Assembly (NCBI GenBank): GCA_021824155.1
Contig: JAKALN010000002.1
Location: 15,775-79,774 of the forward strand
Source: a bacterium
Lineage (GTDB): Bacteria; Patescibacteriota; Microgenomatia; Levybacterales; UBA12049
Length of the DNA stretch: 64,000 bases
Direction of reading: 5' to 3'
The position numbers and the translations under genes were made by a program. Positions 44,150-50,920 of this stretch are shown here, piece after piece (position 1 is the stretch's first letter; every line of letters starts with the position of its first letter). Under the pieces are notes generated by a model. The model made no database searches. It had not been told where the DNA came from and saw only the letters and a list, made by a program, of their open reading frames with translations.

Positions 44150-44872
44150 CTACCTTACAGCAGACCTGATGTTAATGTGTTTGAGATTTACAGACCAGTC
44201 GATTCCAACTATACCCTGCCAGTCTCCGTTAATCCAGGGAAGATCAAGGAAGAGGTCTTTTGTCATTGGGTCTTTTTGTAATCCCGCAGGTAATATTTTT
44301 TCCAATAAACCGTGGTTTATGGATACGGGAGCTTTCGCGGTTTGTGCAGTTGTATCCGATGTAAAGAAAATTTCTATAGTTTTTTGTCCTGTTCTATACA
44401 TTTCTCTGGGGTTCAATTCGGAACTTCTTTTTGTTGCAGGTGTTGCACCTGTTTCTCCAGCGCTTATAAATATTACATCTCCTGAATTCCGGTTGTATTT
44501 AACTGTCATCTCATTCTTTCCTATTTTTGCGGAAATAGATAAAGAATTTTGATGCCGGTCGGTAGAAATTTCAAAAAAGTCTCCTTCGTTTTTACCTAGT
44601 AATCTGAAATGCTCAAAAGTTGAGGGAAACTTTCCATTTGAATTAAAAACGATTTCTGCTTCTAAAGCTTTGTCTGCGCTTTCCGGGGAACTGGGAATTT
44701 CTCTGTAATATTGTCTGATTGTACGGCAATTGGGGTCGGAGCTGTCCGGCTGGCGGGCTACAAACAAGCGTTCCGGGATTATTGTAAGCCGTTCTTTTGC
44801 ATTGCCAAATGGCCTTTGGCTTAACACAAATTCGGTAAATGGGTCGTGTGTGGGAAATTCCTGTTCTGCCAT
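44150..44872 (-). CDS. Hypothetical protein (orphan, 240 aa)
   Basis: Long ORF filling the gap; TGcTATAAT 6 nt before ATG; no recognisable motif. Confidence 0.7.
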   Translation of the reverse strand: MAEQEFPTHDPFTEFVLSQRPFGNAKERLTIIPERLFVARQPDSSDPNCRTIRQYYREIPSSPESADKALEAEIVFNSNGKFPSTFEHFRLLGKNEGDFFEISTDRHQNSLSISAKIGKNEMTVKYNRNSGDVIFISAGETGATPATKRSSELNPREMYRTGQKTIEIFFTSDTTAQTAKAPVSINHGLLEKILPAGLQKDPMTKDLFLDLPWINGDWQGIVGIDWSVNLKHINIRSAVR

Positions 44873-44899
44873 AAGCGGATTATAGCATGTTCTTTAAAA

Positions 44900-45107
44900 T
44901 AGCCGCAAAAAAACCCCTTGCGGGGCGGAGTCGGTATCCCCGACGAGCCCGCTTGCAAACCAAAGGTTTGACAAGGGAGGCATGAGCAGTGTCAGCAGAC
45001 ACTGTGAATACATTTTAAAAAGACCCCGCAAGCAAAGTGAATTCTGAATAATTTGATGATTGGAAGCAAATGACTGCATTTTAGCCGCAAAAAAACCCCT
45101 TGCGGGG
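44900..45107. repeat. 26-bp exact direct repeat (44900-44925, 45082-45107) with a 15-bp inverted copy at 45018-45032
   Basis: TAGCCGCAAAAAAACCCCTTGCGGGG occurs twice; AAAAGACCCCGCAAG is the reverse complement of 45099-45113. Confidence 0.95.
44907..44981 (-). ncRNA. Candidate small RNA unit B (three hairpins plus U7)
   Basis: CUUGUCAAACC-UUU-GGUUUGCAAG; CGGG..GUCGG-GGAUA-CCGAC-UCCG; CCCC-GCAA-GGGG-U7. Confidence 0.45.
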
Positions 45108-45166
45108 TCTTTTCGGGGTGACATATTGCTATGTCTCCTGCCTTTTGAAACTTACGTTTCTGAGGT
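45089..45166 (-). ncRNA. Candidate small RNA unit A (three GNRA hairpins plus U7)
   Basis: GAAAC-GUAA-GUUUC; GACAUA-GCAA-UAUGUC; ACCCC-GCAA-GGGGU-U tract; directly behind a consensus promoter. Confidence 0.65.
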
Positions 45167-45172
45167 ATGAGC

Positions 45173-45201
45173 ATTATATGCCTCAAAGCTACCTTTGTCA
45201 A
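45173..45201 (-). promoter_or_regulatory. Perfect sigma70 consensus promoter
   Basis: TTGACA (45201-45196), 17 bp, TATAAT (45178-45173). Confidence 0.85.
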
Positions 45202-45270
45202 CTAGGACTTTTTGTATCAGAGAATAGCAAAATTACAATATTACATTTTACATAGTATAATTATCGTAGT

Positions 45271-47700
45271 TTGAAGAAAACTATATTCAAAAAACAAACG
45301 ATTTTATCTTTTTTACTGATTGCTGCCGGAATAGTTTCTGTATTTTGGCAATTTTTCTTGAAGGGATTGTTTCTTTTCTCCGGCAATTATTTATTGGCGT
45401 GGTTTGAACCCTATAAAACAGAAAATTTTTCCGGAAATTTTATATCTTTAGCACACAAACCGATAGCGGAAGATACTTTCAAATCAATTTACCCTTTTAA
45501 AATTTTAGCTATTGATCTTATAAAAAATTTTCGGTTACCGCTTTGGAATCCATATAACGGAAGCGGTATGCCTCTTCTTGCAGCAATTAATCCGGGATAT
45601 TTTGATCCTTTTAATATTTTGTATTTTATATTTCCAAACTATTTTGCCTGGACGTTAATAATTATATTAGAAACTATATTGATAGGAATTTTTACTCTTT
45701 TTTATGCTAGGAGCTTAGGTTTGGGCAACAGAGCATCCATTTTGACAGCGGTAGTTTTTACTTTATCGGGAGCTGTTGTAACTAGAATTATATACTCGGA
45801 ATTTGCCCTTGGGATAGCTATGTTGCCGCTATCTTTGTATTTATTGGAAAAATATCAGGAAGAATTTCAAGCGAAATATCTTTTTATCTTATCTCTTGCC
45901 GCAGGTGTTCTTCTTTTATCGACGCACTTTCAATATTCAATTTATATTTTATTTTTTGTTTGTATTTATTGGGTATTAAGAACTAAAAATAAAATGTCAG
46001 TTAAAGGTATAAAAAAAATTGTCACGCCCTTATTGTTTATCATTTTGGGTTTAGGTTTTGCGTCTGTTCAGTTAGTTCCTGCAATCGAACTTTTTAAATA
46101 TGCAAACTTAAACCCTCAGTCTTCGTCTTTTATTTTTAATACAGCACTTATTCCGTTAAAGAATGTTATAACCCTTTTAGTTCCAAATTATTATGGCAGT
46201 CCGTCTACGTATAATTATTGGGGAACAGGAGATTATATAGAAACAGCAATGTACATAGGAATCATTCCTTCATTTTTTGCTTTTTTATCTCTATTTAAAA
46301 TTAAAGAAATTAAATATGCATTTTTTATAAAGTTTTATTTTTTTATCCTGTTATTTACTTTACTAATCTGTCTTAATCTTCCCTTTGTGACCTGGCTTTA
46401 TGTTTTGAATATTCCTCTTTTGTCGGTAGGTGTTCCAACAAGAATCTTTTTTATAACAACGTTCTCCCTGGCAATGCTTTCCGGGTTTGGGTACAAATAT
46501 TGGATAGAGTTATCAAGTCCAAAAAAACACCTGCTCATACCCATTCTCATATTCAGTTTTTTTATCGGGTTAATTTTTATAATTACAGTTTTAAATTTGA
46601 ATTCAAACTGTCCTGAGCTAATGAAAAATTGTCGCGTAACTTCTATAAGAAATACGATTATAGAGTTGGTGGGGTTTGCTGCAGCGCTTTTTTTAATAAT
46701 TGTTTATTGCTTTTTAAAATTAAATAAGAAAAAAGGAGGTTATGCTGCTTCTTTTATTGTTATCTTAATAGTTTACTTGTTGGGGTTTTATAATAGCTAT
46801 AAGTTTTTGCCGTTTTCTCCTAAAGAAACATTTTTCCCAGAAAATAACGTTATTAATTCTATAAAACAGGTGGCCGGAAATACGCGCATACTTGGAATAG
46901 GTAAAGCTAATATATTGCCGGATTTTGCCACATATTTTCATTTTTATGACCCTCAATACGTAAACCCTCTTTATATAAAGCGTTACGGAGAGCTTGTTAA
47001 TTTTGCTAACACCGGGGTTTTTCCTCCGCCCTTATTAAGAAGCGACGTAGATATTAAAGCGGACGCTACTCTAAGTGCAGCTTTAGAATTTCAGCGGGAC
47101 AGGTTAATGTCCATTTTAAATATTAATTATCTTATTTATAAAAAGGATGAAATCCCTGCGGATTATAAAAATAATGCGGTTGTATGGGAAAATGATAAAT
47201 GGTATATAATTCAACGCCCGAAAAGGCTTCCGCGGGCTTATTTTGTCAATAATATAAAGGTTATAGAAAAAGATAAAAATGAACTCAAAATGCTTTTCAG
47301 CCCATCTTTTGATCCTGCTACAACCGCCGTTGTGGAACAAAATTTTTCCGGATTGGCTCAAATTAATGGAGTAGAAAATCCGGGTAAAGCTGTAATAAAA
47401 AAATACAGTGAAAACAATGTGCTAATAGAAACAAGCTCTTCGCATAATAGTTTTCTTGTATTATCAGATAATTATTATCCGGGTTGGAAAGTTTTTATAG
47501 ATAAAAAAGAGGTCTCGGTATATAGAACAAATTATACGCTGCGCGGAATTGTAGTGCCTTCCGGAAAACATCTTGTATATTTTTCATACGACCCGCTTTC
47601 TTTTAAAGTAGGCTTATTGCTTTCATTTTTGTCCGGAGCTATATTTCTAATATTAATTTTGGGGGCTATGATAAAAAACGTTTTAAGTAAAAAGAAATAA
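45271..47700 (+). CDS. YfhO-family membrane protein (GT-C-like)
   Basis: PLWNPYNGSGMPLLA, LPRAYFV, LVLSDNYYPGWKV..D, G.H.V.F.Y.P; TTG start. Confidence 0.85.
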   Translation: MKKTIFKKQTILSFLLIAAGIVSVFWQFFLKGLFLFSGNYLLAWFEPYKTENFSGNFISLAHKPIAEDTFKSIYPFKILAIDLIKNFRLPLWNPYNGSGMPLLAAINPGYFDPFNILYFIFPNYFAWTLIIILETILIGIFTLFYARSLGLGNRASILTAVVFTLSGAVVTRIIYSEFALGIAMLPLSLYLLEKYQEEFQAKYLFILSLAAGVLLLSTHFQYSIYILFFVCIYWVLRTKNKMSVKGIKKIVTPLLFIILGLGFASVQLVPAIELFKYANLNPQSSSFIFNTALIPLKNVITLLVPNYYGSPSTYNYWGTGDYIETAMYIGIIPSFFAFLSLFKIKEIKYAFFIKFYFFILLFTLLICLNLPFVTWLYVLNIPLLSVGVPTRIFFITTFSLAMLSGFGYKYWIELSSPKKHLLIPILIFSFFIGLIFIITVLNLNSNCPELMKNCRVTSIRNTIIELVGFAAALFLIIVYCFLKLNKKKGGYAASFIVILIVYLLGFYNSYKFLPFSPKETFFPENNVINSIKQVAGNTRILGIGKANILPDFATYFHFYDPQYVNPLYIKRYGELVNFANTGVFPPPLLRSDVDIKADATLSAALEFQRDRLMSILNINYLIYKKDEIPADYKNNAVVWENDKWYIIQRPKRLPRAYFVNNIKVIEKDKNELKMLFSPSFDPATTAVVEQNFSGLAQINGVENPGKAVIKKYSENNVLIETSSSHNSFLVLSDNYYPGWKVFIDKKEVSVYRTNYTLRGIVVPSGKHLVYFSYDPLSFKVGLLLSFLSGAIFLILILGAMIKNVLSKKK

Positions 47701-48335
47701 TGCAAAAAATGACAGAAGATAAAGTTAGAAAAACAATCAAAGCTTATAAAAAGCTCGCAAAAACTTATGCAAAACAAAACGAAAATAGAGCGCATATATA
47801 CTCCGAGATTGTAAAATTTACAAAGCTGCTTCCTCAAAACGGAAGCTTACTCGATTTAGGCTGCGGAACTGGGTTTGACAGCAAGGATTTCCAAAAACTA
47901 AGACCGGATTTAACTATCCTTGGTATAGACATATCTAAAGAAATGCTTGAAGAATTTGAAAAAATAGCTCCCGGAATAGAACATATACGGGCAGATATGG
48001 TTACTTACATATTTCCAAAAAATGTTTTTGACGGAATTTGGATGAATGCGTCTTTTCTTCATATACCAAAAGAAAATGCGGATACGGTAATCAAAAAAGT
48101 TGTAGGCGCGCTTAAACCCCAAGGGTTACTCTATATAAGGGTAAAAGAGGGAAGTGGCGAAAAGTTTGTTCCTGCCCAAAATTACGGCCATAAAGACATA
48201 GAAAGATTTTTTTCTTTTTATACAAAAGATGAATTAGAAAACTTATTATCAAAATATCCCGTGAAAATTATTGAACTTGGAGAGGGAAAGGTAAAAACAA
48301 CAAAATGGATTTTTGTAACCGCAATTAAAAACTAA
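47700..48335 (+). CDS. Class I SAM-dependent methyltransferase
   Basis: LLDLGCGTG, GIDIS.EM, FDGIWMNASFLH. Confidence 0.9.
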   Translation: MQKMTEDKVRKTIKAYKKLAKTYAKQNENRAHIYSEIVKFTKLLPQNGSLLDLGCGTGFDSKDFQKLRPDLTILGIDISKEMLEEFEKIAPGIEHIRADMVTYIFPKNVFDGIWMNASFLHIPKENADTVIKKVVGALKPQGLLYIRVKEGSGEKFVPAQNYGHKDIERFFSFYTKDELENLLSKYPVKIIELGEGKVKTTKWIFVTAIKN

Positions 48336-48499
48336 GTACCGTGTAGGGGAGTCGAAGTCACAAGTTCGCTTCGCGCCTCGCGACCCCGCCTCCTTCATTG
48401 CATTCAGTCCGGCAGGTTCGACTACTACCTGATATTAAAAAAACTTTCGTAAGTTTATAACTTACAAAAGTTTTCTCAGTACCGTGTAGGGGAGTCGAA
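48335..48499. repeat. 22-bp exact duplication of the tRNA-Glu 3' end (48335-48356 and 48478-48499)
   Basis: AGTACCGTGTAGGGGAGTCGAA twice, 143 bp apart. Confidence 0.9.
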
Positions 48500-48553
48500 C
48501 CCCTGATTCTCTGGCTGAAAACCAGATGTCCTAGGCCACTAGACGAACACGGC
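48480..48553 (-). tRNA. tRNA-Glu(TTC)
   Basis: GCCGTGT/ACACGGT acceptor stem, TCTGG-TTTTCAG-CCAGA anticodon arm. Confidence 0.95.
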
Positions 48554-48602
48554 AGGAGTATAATTATAGCTTAAGTTCAAATTTTAGGCAATAATGCTTT
48601 AT

Positions 48603-49262
48603 TTATTTGAACCTTTTTCTAACTCCTTCGACAATGTCTCTTGCTGTTCCCTGTCCTCCGAGTCCGAAAGCAATTCCGCCTGCAATGGCTAACATTGCTA
48701 CAAGACCGGTAAACAAGATTCTGATAAGGTCTGTTGCAACTCCAAGCTGGCTCAGTACTGCAAGAATTACAAAGACATTAACGGACCATCTTGTAATTGT
48801 TGCGATTGCTCTAGACGTCTGCGGGTCGATTCCTTTCGTCGAAGCAAGAATTACATCATGTGAAAGCCTTGCAAAAACAAATCCGACCAAAGCTATTACG
48901 GCCGCAACAAAAACATTGGGAAGATACAAGAGAAATTCGTTTAGGACCGTAATTATCTGGGGAAGTCCCCAAATATCGGCAGTCGGAATTAAGAAGATTA
49001 TTATAACAAACCACCTTACTATTTCTGCAAGAAGGTTTGTCCATGTGAATTCTTCTTTTAATTCCGGAACACCGTATTTTTTAAGGAAAGACTCAACTTT
49101 CAAAGCTTTAAAAAGCCCGACAATAACCTGTTTTAATACGGTTGCGATGATTATGCCGATAAGAAGAATAATTAGTCCGGCAACGAACTTAGGAATAAAG
49201 ATAGCAATACCTAACAGGGCATTGTTAAGGGAGGTTGCTACTATTTGGCCTATATTTGGCAT
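48603..49262 (-). CDS. Conserved TM-helix-repeat membrane protein (MscS-related)
   Basis: FIPKFVAGLIILLIG and YLPNVFVAAVI repeats; C-terminal AFGLGG. Confidence 0.8.
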   Translation of the reverse strand: MPNIGQIVATSLNNALLGIAIFIPKFVAGLIILLIGIIIATVLKQVIVGLFKALKVESFLKKYGVPELKEEFTWTNLLAEIVRWFVIIIFLIPTADIWGLPQIITVLNEFLLYLPNVFVAAVIALVGFVFARLSHDVILASTKGIDPQTSRAIATITRWSVNVFVILAVLSQLGVATDLIRILFTGLVAMLAIAGGIAFGLGGQGTARDIVEGVRKRFK

Positions 49263-49400
49263 CAGTTATTCACCCCCTTCCTTTTTAAAGTTACCTAAGT
49301 GTATAAATTTTAGTAAAAAAAAGTCAAGTGACAGAATAGACGGGTATCTTGTAAAGCTAACTTGTGCTTGATATAATTTCAGTGTTCGTAATTTTTGCTC

Positions 49401-49472
49401 GGGCCGGTAGCTCAGCGGTAGAGCAGGAGCCTTTTAAGCTCTTGGTCGTGGGTTCGAATCCCACCCGGCTCA
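49401..49472 (+). tRNA. tRNA-Lys(TTT)
   Basis: GGAGC-CTTTTAA-GCTCT anticodon arm, GGTTCGAATCC T arm. Confidence 0.96.
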
Positions 49473-49511
49473 CTCGCGAAAAATCCCACCTTGAGTGGGA
49501 TTTTTTGTGAG
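49473..49511 (+). terminator. Long hairpin / probable terminator after tRNA-Lys
   Basis: CTCGCGAAAAATCCCAC-CTTGA-GTGGGATTTTTTGTGAG. Confidence 0.65.
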
Positions 49512-49661
49512 TAAATCTTATGAGGACCGCAGGTGAGAATCTTGTAGCTCATCAGAGCGAAATACTTGATAAAGTACCACCCGGCTCATTGAAAAATCAC
49601 CGTGGCTTTTGCTAAGACGATTTTTTTATTGAGGACCGAGTTAAATTATTTGGAGGTTAAT

Positions 49662-50714
49662 CTAGATTTTATCTTTTAACCAGGGCTTGCTTTCTTCTCT
49701 TCCGGCTTCCGAAACAAGAGCAAATTCTGCTTTTTTCTGGAAATCCTCAATACTTTGTGCTCCCGAGTATGTCATTGCGCTTCTTAAGCCACCCATTAAA
49801 TCGTTTACAACGTTTTCAACAGGACCCTTAACGGGTACTTGTATGGCAACTCCTTCTGCTGTTCTGAATTCTCCTGTTTCTACGCCATTATCCTTCATAT
49901 ACTCTGCCGAAGCCTGTCCTCTTGCTATCTTAAATCCTTTGACAACTTTACCGGGTGTTTCATCGGTTCCGGCAAATAAGGAGCCTATCATTACCATTCC
50001 GGCTCCAGCCGCAATTGCTTTTGCAAAATGTCCGGGACCTTTTATTCCTCCGTCGGCTATTACAGGTATATCTGCCGAGGTAGTTTCAAAAATAGCAGAC
50101 AATTGGGAAAAACCGGTTCCTGCAACAAGCCTTGTTATACACAATCCTCCGGGGCCTACTCCGACTCTTGCCCAGTCTATATCGTTTTTTTTATATTCTT
50201 TGGCCTGTTCATAACTTACAATATTCCCGGCAATTACATATAATCCAAGTTTTTTCTTTATTTCCCGGGCCAATTGTTTAACTTTTCCCATTCCTCCGTG
50301 TGCGACGTCAACCAGTATTATTTCGGCACCTTTTTCTTTTAAAAGAGTTGCTTCTTCCATGCCATTTTTAAGACCGACCGCGTAAACGCACGGAACTTTT
50401 TCTTGGGAAAAAATTTCGCAGAACGTCAGCCTTTCTTTTATGTCGCCTCTTGGAAGTATTCCGATTGCACCAAGCTGTGCCAACTTTCTTATCATTTTCT
50501 CGCCGGATACGGTATCCATAGGAGCGGCAATTATGGGTTTCTCGAGCATATAGGGCCCAAACTTAACAGAAGTATCAACCGATGACCTTGATACCACCGA
50601 AGAATTCTGCGGCACAAGAAGTACATCATCGTACGTTAAGGTTGTGGGATTTGCCCAACTTAAATCGGGCCAGGTTTCCTTTTTTCCTAATGCTTTATAA
50701 AATACTTTGGACAT
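49662..50714 (-). CDS. IMP dehydrogenase / GMP reductase family protein, no CBS domains
   Basis: LTYDDVLLVP, APMDTV, DVAHG, GVGPGGLCITR, IADGGI, AEGV; start MSKVF after TTGACA-17-TACTAT. Confidence 0.88.
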   Translation of the reverse strand: MSKVFYKALGKKETWPDLSWANPTTLTYDDVLLVPQNSSVVSRSSVDTSVKFGPYMLEKPIIAAPMDTVSGEKMIRKLAQLGAIGILPRGDIKERLTFCEIFSQEKVPCVYAVGLKNGMEEATLLKEKGAEIILVDVAHGGMGKVKQLAREIKKKLGLYVIAGNIVSYEQAKEYKKNDIDWARVGVGPGGLCITRLVAGTGFSQLSAIFETTSADIPVIADGGIKGPGHFAKAIAAGAGMVMIGSLFAGTDETPGKVVKGFKIARGQASAEYMKDNGVETGEFRTAEGVAIQVPVKGPVENVVNDLMGGLRSAMTYSGAQSIEDFQKKAEFALVSEAGREESKPWLKDKI

Positions 50715-50799
50715 CGCCGGGGAATTTCTGCGTCCCTTGGAATAGTACATTAACAAAAAGAGATTGTCAATTGCATGCTGTTTTACTGCGTTTATCCGA

Positions 50800-50847
50800 T
50801 TGAATATCGACCCGGATTGGTATATAATTTAAGTTCGATTTATGAAC
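50800..50847 (+). promoter_or_regulatory. uvrA promoter with candidate operator
   Basis: TTGAAT-17-TATAAT, then palindrome GTTC-gatttat-GAAC over the predicted +1. Confidence 0.5.
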
Positions 50848-50920
50848 CCTATACATTCTTATTTTCTTGCGAGGTTTACATCCTCGCCTCGAAAGGGTGA
50901 ATCTACGGGGCAAGCAAACT

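Noticed and set aside
44982-45047. Plus-strand 21-aa ORF after AAGGGAGG (possible type I toxin)
   Set aside because: SD is only 1 nt from the ATG and the peptide is not hydrophobic
44900-45107. Possible mini CRISPR array (26-bp repeats)
   Set aside because: Only two copies with a 156-bp spacer, the repeat is a terminator hairpin, and there are no cas genes in the window
44894-45201. ORFs of 76 aa and 69 aa on the minus strand sharing PQGVFLRL
   Set aside because: They run through a consensus promoter and two intrinsic terminators; the shared peptide simply translates the 26-bp repeat
48607-49371. 254-aa plus-strand ORF and the many other antisense ORFs in atpA, dnaE, gatA, ppsA, uvrA etc.
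   Set aside because: Antisense shadows of well-conserved genes, with no motifs or start signals
50715-50770. Purine riboswitch upstream of the IMPDH/GMPR gene
   Set aside because: The promoter leaves a leader of under 30 nt, too short, and the aptamer consensus is absent
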